Positions 18,757 through 27,404 of a stretch of DNA of 64,000 bases are shown here, in pieces. Position 1 is the first letter of the stretch. Each line of letters begins with the position of its first letter. The position numbers and the translations under genes are program-made. Below the pieces are notes generated by a model. The model worked only from the letters and a program-made list of their open reading frames with translations. It made no database searches and was not told where the DNA came from. The DNA is from an uncultured Candidatus Saccharibacteria bacterium (lineage in GTDB: Bacteria > Patescibacteriota > Minisyncoccia > Phycocordibacterales > Phycocordibacteraceae), in assembly GCA_964507275.1 (NCBI GenBank), contig CAZDPG010000001.1, positions 547,555-611,554 of the forward strand, in the 5' to 3' direction.

Positions 18757-19901
18757 GGACGATTCGCGACATCCCTCATTTCGAGAATATCCCGATCCTC
18801 GTACGGACAGCTCTGAATGTCCCTGTCGGAGCAGGGGGTGTCGCAAATGATTACCGTCTGCGACGAGCACTGCCGACAATCCGATTCCTCTCTGAACGCA
18901 ACGCGCGCGTTGTACTCATAAGTCATATCGGAGAAGAGGGGACTGAGACACTCTCCCTAGTTGCAAGCGCGCTCGGGAAGCTTATCCGCCGTGTCTCGTT
19001 CTCAAGTGAGACAATTGGAGAACGGGCCCGTGACGCGGTTCGCAATCTCCTCCCCGGGGAGATTCTCGTGCTTGAGAATTTGCGTCGTCACCGAGGAGAG
19101 AAGATGAATGACCCTTCTTTTGCCCACGAACTCGCAGCGCTCGCTGATATATTCGTCGAGGACTCCTTTGATGCCTGCCACCGAACACATGCTTCCATTG
19201 TCGGCGTCCCGAAACTTCTCCCTTCGTATGCAGGACTCCTCCTTGAAGAAGAGGTTCAGGAACTGAGTAAGGCCCGGACTCCCTCGAAGCCTTCGCTTGC
19301 CGTCATCGGCGGTATGAAATTCAACACGAAAGAACCGGTCGTGCGCGAACTCTTAGCAACGTATGACCATGTGTTCGTCGGTGGTGCGCTCGCGAATGAT
19401 TTCTTCAGAGCGCGAGGGTTAGAAACGGGGAAGTCATTCGTCTCGGGTGCGACGAGTAGTGCGATAGGGGATATTCTCAAGCACCCGAAACTCATAGTGC
19501 CAATAGATTCAATCGTTGTTTCCGCGGAGTATGTCAACGCACCGGATGCTCGCGCTCGAGCGCGCATCACGGATGTCGAACATATACGGACTGATGATGT
19601 CATTCTCGATCATGGGCCGAAAACAAGTGCTCTGCTCAGCAGTCTCGCGCAGGAAGCGAAGACTGTTCTTTGGAATGGCCCTTTGGGAAATTATGAACGC
19701 GGGTTCGTCGATGCGACCGATGCTCTCGCCCAGAGTGTTGCGGCATCTCGCGCGTATTCAGTAGTCGGCGGCGGAGATACGGTCGCGGCAATCGAGCGTC
19801 TCGGGCTTCTCTCACGATTCTCGTTCGTCTCTACGGGCGGCGGCGCGATGCTCGACTTCCTCGCGAAAGGAACCCTCCCCGGCATTGACGCGTTAGGCTA
19901 G
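18753..19901 (+). CDS. pgk: phosphoglycerate kinase
   Basis: 382 aa. PGK N- and C-domain motifs (VVGGGDT, STGGGA). 4-bp overlap with tpiA. Confidence 0.9.
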   Translation: MRTIRDIPHFENIPILVRTALNVPVGAGGVANDYRLRRALPTIRFLSERNARVVLISHIGEEGTETLSLVASALGKLIRRVSFSSETIGERARDAVRNLLPGEILVLENLRRHRGEKMNDPSFAHELAALADIFVEDSFDACHRTHASIVGVPKLLPSYAGLLLEEEVQELSKARTPSKPSLAVIGGMKFNTKEPVVRELLATYDHVFVGGALANDFFRARGLETGKSFVSGATSSAIGDILKHPKLIVPIDSIVVSAEYVNAPDARARARITDVEHIRTDDVILDHGPKTSALLSSLAQEAKTVLWNGPLGNYERGFVDATDALAQSVAASRAYSVVGGGDTVAAIERLGLLSRFSFVSTGGGAMLDFLAKGTLPGIDALG

Positions 19902-20258
19902 TGCGCTACGGAGATTCGTAGCGTTTGTCTCGAGTTCGTTCTTGTCGCCGCGTGCCTTCTCGGGAGAAGGGAATACCCACACGTGCGCATGGGGAACTTC
20001 TTCTCCGATAACCTTCATCTGGACTTCGTCCGTACCAGAGATTTTCTGCAATGCTCGAGCGATTTTCTGCACGACTTTGAAATACGAGCTCGTGTCGGGA
20101 ACATCCCACACCCAGCGATGATGCTCTTTTGGGATGACGAGTGTGTGTCCGGTCGAAAGCGGGCGGATATCGAGAAAGGCGAGGAAGTGTTCGTCTTCAT
20201 AGACCTTATGTGCCGGTATCGAGCCGGAAACTATCTTGCAGAAAATACAGTCATCCAT
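19893..20258 (-). CDS. HIT family hydrolase
   Basis: DCIFCKI...HTLVIPKEH...HAHVWVFP is the histidine-triad motif. Confidence 0.85.
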   Translation of the reverse strand: MDDCIFCKIVSGSIPAHKVYEDEHFLAFLDIRPLSTGHTLVIPKEHHRWVWDVPDTSSYFKVVQKIARALQKISGTDEVQMKVIGEEVPHAHVWVFPSPEKARGDKNELETNATNLRSALA

Positions 20259-20303
20259 TGTCCATAGGATACATCAATCGTTTCCTGATACAATCGGCAG
20301 ACT

Positions 20304-22025
20304 ATGTTCCCGCTTCACAGTCCTCTTGATGAGACACTCCGTACAGAGCTCGCTTCGTATGATGATCTCACTGCGTCACTTCTCGCACGTCGCGGCATTA
20401 TGACGAAGGCGGAGGCAGAAAGATTCCTCAATCCTTCGTACGACGAACATCTCCATGATCCACTTTTGATGATTGACATGCCGAAGGCTGCGCGACGTTT
20501 CGCCGACGCGATAATAAGCGGGGAGAAGATAGCGGTCTGGAGCGATTACGATTGCGATGGCATCCCAGGCGGTGTCATCCTTCATGATTTCTTACAGAAA
20601 GCGGGCGCTGATTTCGAGAACTATATCCCGCACCGACACGATGAAGGGTATGGAGTAAATATCGAAGGTATCGAGAAGCTCGCGAAGGGTGGTGTGACGC
20701 TCATCGTTACGGTCGATTCCGGCATCACTGATGTCGAACCGATCAAGCGCGCGAAAGAACTCGGCATGGATGTCATTGTGACCGATCATCATTTGCCCGG
20801 CACGACATTGCCCGATGCTTTCGCTGTCGTGAATCCGAATGCGCGACCTGATGAGACCTATCCGTTCCACGATCTCTGTGGTTCTGGTATCGCATGGAAG
20901 CTCGTTTGCGCGACGCTTGCTGTGGAGCCGAGCTTGCGCGAGAAGATTCCGGTCGGCTGGGAGAAGTGGCTCCTTGATATGGTCGGGCTTGCGACCGTCG
21001 CCGACATGGTGCCGCTCACCGGAGAGAACCGGCTGCTCGTGACCTATGGACTGCTCGTGATGCGCAAGTCACCACGCATCGGACTGCAGAAGTTGTGCCG
21101 CGGGATGCGTACTGAGCAACGCACCATTACTGAAGACGACATCGGTTTCATGGTGGCTCCACGCGTGAACGCAGCGAGCCGCATGGGTGATGCGAGAGAA
21201 GCGTTCCGCCTCTTCACGACGACGGATGAGGATACTGCTACCGAGCTCGCGAAGAAATTGGAGCGAGCGAACCGACAGAGAAAAGCCGAAGCTGGTGCGA
21301 TAACGCGCGCGGTACATGCGCGACTGAAAGAGCGCGGCGAGGTACGCAGCGTGATAGCGCTCGGGGACCCCGAGTGGCGGCCCGCACTTCTCGGACTCGT
21401 CGCGAACACCATCGCCGATGAATACGAGCGCCCGGTATTCCTGTGGGGGAGAGAGGGGAACTTGCGTCTCAAGGGCTCGATGCGGAGCGGCGGACCAACT
21501 CATGCACTCGAACTCATGCGCGCCACAGAAAATACCTTTGCTGATTTCGGCGGACATAAAGCGGCGGGCGGTTTCACCGTACTCGATGATGCCATCTTCT
21601 TCCTCGAAGATAAGCTCGTTGAGGCACATGCTCGACTTGAAACGAAAGAGAGTGATTCGTTTGCAGCACATGCTGATGCGGTTCTCGCTCCCGAAGATGC
21701 GACACATGCGCTCTTGAAGAAAATTGAGCGCCTCGCCCCGTACGGCATGCAGAACCCGAAGCCGGTATTTCTATTACGTGAGATCGTCGTGCGCGACATC
21801 TCTCGTTTTGGGAAAAGCGAAGAGCATCTGAAATTGAAGATCGACACGAATGAAGGGCAGGGAAGTATCGATGCCGTCATCTTCTTTGTGAAAGGAGCTA
21901 TCGCGCGCGCGACAGAAGCACTCACACAAGGAAGCCGTGCGAACATACTTGTGCATCTTGAGCGCGACACCTTCGCTCGCGGCAACCCGGTACGCCTGCG
22001 ACTTCTTGATATCCGCTTGGTATAG
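20304..22025 (+). CDS. recJ: single-stranded-DNA-specific exonuclease RecJ
   Basis: DHH motifs (DYDCDG, VTDHH) and a DHHA1 domain. 573 aa. Confidence 0.85.
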   Translation: MFPLHSPLDETLRTELASYDDLTASLLARRGIMTKAEAERFLNPSYDEHLHDPLLMIDMPKAARRFADAIISGEKIAVWSDYDCDGIPGGVILHDFLQKAGADFENYIPHRHDEGYGVNIEGIEKLAKGGVTLIVTVDSGITDVEPIKRAKELGMDVIVTDHHLPGTTLPDAFAVVNPNARPDETYPFHDLCGSGIAWKLVCATLAVEPSLREKIPVGWEKWLLDMVGLATVADMVPLTGENRLLVTYGLLVMRKSPRIGLQKLCRGMRTEQRTITEDDIGFMVAPRVNAASRMGDAREAFRLFTTTDEDTATELAKKLERANRQRKAEAGAITRAVHARLKERGEVRSVIALGDPEWRPALLGLVANTIADEYERPVFLWGREGNLRLKGSMRSGGPTHALELMRATENTFADFGGHKAAGGFTVLDDAIFFLEDKLVEAHARLETKESDSFAAHADAVLAPEDATHALLKKIERLAPYGMQNPKPVFLLREIVVRDISRFGKSEEHLKLKIDTNEGQGSIDAVIFFVKGAIARATEALTQGSRANILVHLERDTFARGNPVRLRLLDIRLV

Positions 22026-22456
22026 TGAGCGACATGACTCATTTCACGATCCATGCCGATGGGGGTTCACGAGGCAACCCAGGACCGAGCGGGGCGGGTG
22101 CGATGATACGCGACGAGCACGGTAGCTCGATTGCGAGCGTGTCGCAATTCCTCGGAACACGCACGAACAACTTCGCAGAATACGAAGCGGTGATCCTCGC
22201 ATTCGAGACGCTCGCGAAACTCATCGGGACGAAGAGTGCGAGCACGGCGAGTGTGGAAGTGAAGATGGACAGCGAGCTCGTCGTGAAGCAGATGAAAGGC
22301 GTCTACAAGGTGAAGCACCCGACGATGAAGGCGCAATTCTCACGGCTCATGGAAGCTGCGGCACTCTTCAAGGAAGTGTCATTCACGCACGTCTTCCGCG
22401 CAGAGAACTCAGATGCCGATGCACTTGCGAACGAAGCGATGGATAGGGGTGCATAA
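22025..22456 (+). CDS. rnhA: ribonuclease HI
   Basis: IHADGGSRGNPGPSGAG...NFAEYEA...ENSDADALA are the RNase H catalytic DEDD residues. Confidence 0.85.
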   Translation: MSDMTHFTIHADGGSRGNPGPSGAGAMIRDEHGSSIASVSQFLGTRTNNFAEYEAVILAFETLAKLIGTKSASTASVEVKMDSELVVKQMKGVYKVKHPTMKAQFSRLMEAAALFKEVSFTHVFRAENSDADALANEAMDRGA

Positions 22457-22464
22457 AAAATTAT

Positions 22465-23967
22465 TTGATGGGAGCGCTCATCGCCATCGTATCTGGATTC
22501 GCGAGCGGGATATTTTTCCGCTCGCTTTTTTATTTCGGATGGGAGCTCATCGTGTTCTTGATATTTCTCGCTCTGCTTTTCGGCAGTGCTGCATTCATAA
22601 AACCGCGTGCGCTGTATTCTCTCTGCGCGATCTTCTTCATTTTCGTAGCACTCGGCATGATGCGTTCATCAGCAGCTGACACGCCGTTGCCGGAAACATT
22701 TGCGACACAACTTCGGCATCGCGTGTCATATGACGGAGTCGTGGTATCCGATCCGGATGTGCGCGATGCGAACCAGCGCATCGAAGTGCGTGTCTCGAAT
22801 GAGTACGAATCAACGAACCTGCTCGTCGTCGCACTGCGATCCCAGACCGTTCGCGTTGGTGATCATGTCTCCGTCTCTGGCACGCTTCTCGTACCGGAAC
22901 CTTTCGATACCGAAAGCGGTCGTGTCTTTCGCTACGACAAATATTTAGAGCGCAGCGGCATTCGTTTCATTCTTAATTTCGCATCCATCCGCGTCACACA
23001 ACCGGCGCCATGGTATTCGGTCTCGGCGGCGCTCGCACGAGCGAAGCATGCATTTCAAGACGGACTCGCGCGAACTGTTCCTGAACCCTTCGCATCGCTC
23101 GGCGGCGGTATCGTCATCGGTGGAAAGTCTGGTCTCGGAAACGAATTGAAAGACACTTTCACTCGAGCAGGTCTCATACACATCATCGTCCTCTCGGGCC
23201 ACAACGTGATGGTCGTCGCAGAGTGGATTATGGCGCTTCTCGCTTTTACGAAACTCTCGAGACGCATGAGCTTGGGAGCTGGGGCATTCGCCATCCTCGT
23301 ATTCGTCGGTATCGCGGGAGCGTCAGCGACGGCCATCCGTGCCATGTGTATGGCTCTCATCGCACTCTATGCGCGCGCAACAGGGCGCTCTTATGCGGCT
23401 GGCCGGGCACTCTTTTTCGTCATCTTCCTTATGCTGCTCTGGAATCCGCTCTATCTCGTCTTTGATCCCGGTTTCGGTCTCTCGATTGCCGCGACCGCAG
23501 GACTCATCTGGCTTGCACCACTGTTAGAGACGAAACTTTCTTTCTTGAAAAATGCATTCTGGAAAGACGCCATTTCGACAACACTTGCGGCGCAGATATT
23601 CGTACTTCCCATACTCCTCTATAACACTGGAAATCTTTCTATCGTCTCGATACCAGCAAACCTGCTCGCTGTGCCGGTCGTCGCTGTCTCTATGGGATTC
23701 TCGGCGTTCGCCGGATTCGCGGGGATGCTCTTCGGCACGTTCGCTCCGCTCGTGGGCATCATGCTTTCATTGCCGGCATACGCTGCGAACGCGTACCTAA
23801 TCTATATCGCACAGAAGGCCGCCGAACTCCCGTTCGCGGCCTTCATGCTCCCACCTTTCCCATTCTGGCTCGTACTCGTGAGCTATGCGACGCTCATTTA
23901 TATAGTATCTTCGAAACGCTTCTCGACGACAGACCAATTGAGGTTCGCAAGGAACGCATCGATATAA
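22465..23967 (+). CDS. comEC: ComEC/Rec2 DNA-internalisation channel protein (DUF4131 plus competence domain, lacking the β-lactamase domain)
   Basis: 500 aa with many TM helices. Central GGIVIGGKSGLGNELKDTFTRAGLIHIIVLSGHNV competence-domain motif. Confidence 0.75.
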   Translation: MMGALIAIVSGFASGIFFRSLFYFGWELIVFLIFLALLFGSAAFIKPRALYSLCAIFFIFVALGMMRSSAADTPLPETFATQLRHRVSYDGVVVSDPDVRDANQRIEVRVSNEYESTNLLVVALRSQTVRVGDHVSVSGTLLVPEPFDTESGRVFRYDKYLERSGIRFILNFASIRVTQPAPWYSVSAALARAKHAFQDGLARTVPEPFASLGGGIVIGGKSGLGNELKDTFTRAGLIHIIVLSGHNVMVVAEWIMALLAFTKLSRRMSLGAGAFAILVFVGIAGASATAIRAMCMALIALYARATGRSYAAGRALFFVIFLMLLWNPLYLVFDPGFGLSIAATAGLIWLAPLLETKLSFLKNAFWKDAISTTLAAQIFVLPILLYNTGNLSIVSIPANLLAVPVVAVSMGFSAFAGFAGMLFGTFAPLVGIMLSLPAYAANAYLIYIAQKAAELPFAAFMLPPFPFWLVLVSYATLIYIVSSKRFSTTDQLRFARNASI

Positions 23968-24488
23968 CCCTTCTTTTCAGCGGGCACGTAGTCCACCATG
24001 AATGCGTGTTCCCAGAGATCGAGCGCGAGGATGATAGGGAGCCCAGCGAGCTGGCCGAGCTCATGATCAGCGACAAAGGTGGTGTGCAGTGTACCAGCGC
24101 GGGGATCGGCAAAGACAACGACCCAGCCAATGCCACGACTCCCTGCAACTTCTTTAATATGTGCGATGAAGTTTTCACCGCTGCCGTATTTCTCTTCTGC
24201 AGCCTTTGCGAGCGCTGATTCACGACTTCCTCCTTTCTCCCCCTCGAACTGCTCGAAATAGTATTCGTGCATGCGCATGCCATCGAATTCGAACGCGAAA
24301 CGGCGTCGCAATTCAGCAATAAGGTACGCGTTGCCTTCAGCATCGGCCTCTTTGAGAGCTTGGATCTTCTCCCCAATGAGATTCGTGTGCTTCACGTATC
24401 CTTCATAGAGGGCGAGGTGCACCTTGATCTGCTTTTCCGAGATTCCCTCGAGCACCGGTAGATTGAATGTTTTTGTTGAGTAGGTCAT
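23898..24488 (-). CDS. sodA: Fe/Mn superoxide dismutase
   Basis: Start set at MTYSTKTFNLP. Metal ligand motifs in HHxxHH-like FEFDGMRMHEYYF and DLWEHAF. Overlaps the 3' end of comEC by 70 bp. Confidence 0.9.
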   Translation of the reverse strand: MTYSTKTFNLPVLEGISEKQIKVHLALYEGYVKHTNLIGEKIQALKEADAEGNAYLIAELRRRFAFEFDGMRMHEYYFEQFEGEKGGSRESALAKAAEEKYGSGENFIAHIKEVAGSRGIGWVVVFADPRAGTLHTTFVADHELGQLAGLPIILALDLWEHAFMVDYVPAEKKGYIDAFLANLNWSVVEKRFEDTI

Positions 24489-24497
24489 AGAGATAAA

Positions 24498-25007
24498 ATG
24501 TATCACATGACACGACTGCCGGCCTGGTTCTATCCGACACTTCTCGGCGGGCTCATTGTGGCAAATATCAACATCTATCAGGCGCTCGTCGCACCCTCCG
24601 TCCTCCGGGTAACCGTGCTCGAGGTGGGGAGGGGTAGTGCAGTCCTCCTACGCACGCCGAGAGGGACGACGATACTCGTCGACGCCGGACCAGATGCTGG
24701 CATATTGCGTGCGCTTGGCACAACACTCCCGCCCTGGGAGCGCACGATCAACGCTGTCATCCTCACAAGTACGAAAGCGGCCTTCGCGGGAGGACTTCCG
24801 GATGTCCAGAAGCGCTATACCGTCGCACACTCTTTTCCCTCAGGGTCTCGTTTTGCGGCTGACGGTGTGTCTATCGAGGTGCACTCTGCAGGCGTATTTG
24901 AAATCTCTCACGGCAAAGCATCATTGCGTATCTCGTCTACCACCCCGAAGGGGGATTATGTCTCAGACGGGAGTGTCCTGCAAAAGGAAAACGCCAGCAC
25001 ACCCTAG
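24498..25007 (+). CDS. ComEC-like metallo-β-lactamase-fold fragment, degenerate (metal-binding His motif absent)
   Basis: LRVTVLEVGRGSAVLLRTPRGTTILVDAG resembles the start of the ComEC MBL domain, but no HxHxDH motif is present. 169 aa. Confidence 0.45.
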   Translation: MYHMTRLPAWFYPTLLGGLIVANINIYQALVAPSVLRVTVLEVGRGSAVLLRTPRGTTILVDAGPDAGILRALGTTLPPWERTINAVILTSTKAAFAGGLPDVQKRYTVAHSFPSGSRFAADGVSIEVHSAGVFEISHGKASLRISSTTPKGDYVSDGSVLQKENASTP

Positions 25008-25028
25008 GGTGTGCTGGCGTTTTCCTTT
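24983..25028. terminator. bidirectional terminator hairpin (21-bp perfect stem)
   Basis: AAAGGAAAACGCCAGCACACC-CTAG-GGTGTGCTGGCGTTTTCCTTT lies between convergent genes, and the stop codon of the + ORF sits in the loop. Confidence 0.7.
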
Positions 25029-25030
25029 GA

Positions 25031-25273
25031 TTAGATGACGCCCGCCTTCTTGAGCGACGCGAAAGGACCGTTCTTCTTGAGAGTCTTGAGCCCCTTCATA
25101 GAAAGGTCGACGATGACCGTCTTCCCGAGCTCCGGGACGTAAATGCGACGCTTCTGAAGATTCGCCTTTCGACGGACCTTGCCGGTAGGGTTGAACTGCG
25201 TCGCGCGGACGCGGTTGCTGTAGCGCCCGCCAACTTGCGTGCTCTTTCCAGTGATTTCACAAGCTCGTGCCAT
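25031..25273 (-). CDS. rpmB: 50S ribosomal protein L28
   Basis: MARACEITGKSTQVGGRYSNRVRATQFNPTGKVRRKANLQKRRIYVPELGK. The start was trimmed from the longer ORF. Confidence 0.85.
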   Translation of the reverse strand: MARACEITGKSTQVGGRYSNRVRATQFNPTGKVRRKANLQKRRIYVPELGKTVIVDLSMKGLKTLKKNGPFASLKKAGVI

Positions 25274-25312
25274 AGTCCCCGCATGGTACCATAGGCTACA
25301 AAACGAGCAACT

Positions 25313-25945
25313 ATGGCCATCTTCCTCTCTCTTGTCGTCCTTATCTTGTCTGTTATTGCCCATGAAGTAGCGCACGGCTATGCCGCCGACTCCCTTGGCG
25401 ACCCTACAGCGCGACTCTCTGGGCGACTGACTATGAACCCAGTGCCACATATCGACCCTATGGGGTCTGTCATCATCCCGGCGCTCCTCGTATTTTCCGG
25501 CTCTTCACTGCTCTTCGGCTGGGCGAAACCGGTGCCCTACAATCCCTACAACCTAAGAGGGAAGCGATGGGGAGAAACCTTCGTCGCACTTGCAGGTTCA
25601 GCGACCAATTTGCTCCTTGCTCTCATCTTTGGACTCATTGTTCGCTTCGGTGAAGCCGATCTCCCCGCTGCCGCAATCTCTCTTGCTGCGACAATTACAT
25701 TCGTCAACCTCTTCCTCGGCTTCTTCAATCTCATCCCGTTCCCCCCATTAGACGGCTTCACGGCGCTCCGTTCAGCGCTTCCATGGCATCTCTCCGTAGG
25801 GTTGCAGCGTTTTGAACAGCAAGTCCGCTCCGTAAGCATCCTTTCGCTCATTCTCTTTCTCTTCATGTTCTCCCTTGTCCTGTCGGGGCCATTCGTCAAG
25901 TTCATCGTCTGGATCTTCCGGGTCATCACAGGGGGAGGCGCGTAG
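25313..25945 (+). CDS. site-2 protease family (peptidase M50) membrane metalloprotease
   Basis: HEVAHG HExxH motif inside a TM helix. Polytopic, 210 aa. Confidence 0.75.
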   Translation: MAIFLSLVVLILSVIAHEVAHGYAADSLGDPTARLSGRLTMNPVPHIDPMGSVIIPALLVFSGSSLLFGWAKPVPYNPYNLRGKRWGETFVALAGSATNLLLALIFGLIVRFGEADLPAAAISLAATITFVNLFLGFFNLIPFPPLDGFTALRSALPWHLSVGLQRFEQQVRSVSILSLILFLFMFSLVLSGPFVKFIVWIFRVITGGGA

Positions 25946-25996
25946 CGACATATAGAAAAGGCTCGCCGAAGCGAGCCTTGCAATTCGATTGGACCC

Positions 25997-26221
25997 TCAT
26001 ACGTCGTACTCTTCCGGACCAGCGTGGCACGGGAAAATGTGCCAGAACTGAAGCACGCCGCTTTTGTCTATCGCCGAGAATACGCTGTATTCATTCCGAA
26101 AATCCACCACCTGCCGACAGACCTGGCAGACTTCGGGGCGTTCTCCCGCTTTCGATGCTGTTGGTTGTTCGTTCTCCTCCGGCTTTACTAACACCGGGGG
26201 AAATTTAAGCCTCATGTCCAT
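25997..26221 (-). CDS. small hypothetical protein (CxxC-containing)
   Basis: Weak call. It diverges from the PrgI gene and contains CQVC. Confidence 0.2.
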   Translation of the reverse strand: MDMRLKFPPVLVKPEENEQPTASKAGERPEVCQVCRQVVDFRNEYSVFSAIDKSGVLQFWHIFPCHAGPEEYDV

Positions 26222-26320
26222 GGCGTCTTCCCCCAAACAAAGAGCTCATCTGAGCTGATGTGAGTATATATCACAATCACAGCGTGTTTTCCGTTATGCA
26301 CTACTGCTATACTAGACACG

Positions 26321-26764
26321 ATGGAGTATCACGTACCGCAGTTCATCGAGGTCGAAGATAAGATCATCGGGCCGTTGACCCTGAAGCAATTCATCTATAT
26401 CGCCGGTGTCGTCGGCCTCTGCGTCGTCTTCTTCTCGTATCTGCCGTTTATCTTTGCACTCCTACTCTCACTGCCCATAGCGGCACTTGGTATAGCGCTC
26501 GCTTTCTATAAAGTGAATGGCAAGCCTTTTATTCAAATGCTCGAAGCAGGTTTTAATTACTACATAAGCGAAAAGCTTCTCCTCTGGAAGCAGGAAGCGC
26601 CTTCTCCGCAGGAGAATGGTGCGGCAGCAGCATCAGCCGCCGCAGCAGATGCTGCCGTACTCGCTGCGCGTAACACACCGAAACTTACTCGAGGGAAACT
26701 TTCCGAACTCGCATGGTCGCTCGACGTGAAGTCGGCCGAGGAGGTGACAAAAAAAGAATCATGA
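26321..26764 (+). CDS. PrgI-family T4SS membrane protein
   Basis: MEYHVPQFIEVEDKIIGPLTLKQFIYIAGVV N-terminus and two TM helices typical of PrgI (conjugation/T4SS) family proteins, plus an Ala-rich tail. Confidence 0.55.
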   Translation: MEYHVPQFIEVEDKIIGPLTLKQFIYIAGVVGLCVVFFSYLPFIFALLLSLPIAALGIALAFYKVNGKPFIQMLEAGFNYYISEKLLLWKQEAPSPQENGAAAASAAAADAAVLAARNTPKLTRGKLSELAWSLDVKSAEEVTKKES

Positions 26765-27402
26765 GTACCACTGCAACAGAAGCGGGGAAGACCCAGCAAT
26801 TCGTCCCTATCAAGGAGATTCGCAATGGCGTCATCGTCCTTAAGGACGGAGGATATCGCGGCATACTTATTTGTTCGGCGGTCAACTTCGGCCTCAAGTC
26901 CGCTGATGAGCAACATGCCATCACCGTTGGTTTTCAGAACTTCCTCAACACGCTCGATTTCTCCATCCAGATTGTCATACACTCGCGCAAGATGGACCTG
27001 CGTCCGTATATCGCGCTTCTCGAGGAGAAAGCGCCTGGACAGAAGACCGAGCTCATGCGAATCCAACTTCGGGAATACATTGAGTTCGTCCGCTCCTTCA
27101 CCGATCAGACAAACATTATGACGAAATCATTCTATGTCGTTGTCTCCTACGCGCCACGCATCACGGTCGCGCACGCGACGAGCTTCCTGCGACATGACAG
27201 CACCGCGACGAAGAACGCTGCGAACGAGACCTCGTTCGAGGAAGATCGCGCACAGCTCGAACAGCGCCTTTCACTCGTCATTTCCGGACTTGCCGGTACT
27301 GGCGTTCGTGCAGTTCCGCTTGGCACCGAAGAGGAGATTGAACTCTTCTATCGCTCATTTAACCCAGGGGAGCTCGAGAACCCTATTCGTCTCGATTCAT
27401 AA
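26761..27402 (+). CDS. VirB4/TrbE N-terminal domain protein (separate ORF)
   Basis: Start at MSTTATEAGK, a 4-bp overlap with the PrgI stop. QFVPIKEIRNGVIVLKDGGYRGILICSAVNF matches the N-terminal region of VirB4-type ATPases. Ends 2 nt before the ATPase ORF, in a different frame. Confidence 0.55.
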   Translation: MSTTATEAGKTQQFVPIKEIRNGVIVLKDGGYRGILICSAVNFGLKSADEQHAITVGFQNFLNTLDFSIQIVIHSRKMDLRPYIALLEEKAPGQKTELMRIQLREYIEFVRSFTDQTNIMTKSFYVVVSYAPRITVAHATSFLRHDSTATKNAANETSFEEDRAQLEQRLSLVISGLAGTGVRAVPLGTEEEIELFYRSFNPGELENPIRLDS

Positions 27403-27404
27403 AT

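Noticed and set aside
18071-18879. Two long ORFs (plus and minus) overlapping tpiA
   Set aside because: Ser/Arg-rich alternative-frame translations. tpiA has full catalytic motifs.
21069-22054. Long minus-strand ORFs inside recJ
   Set aside because: Antisense to a gene with clear DHH motifs.
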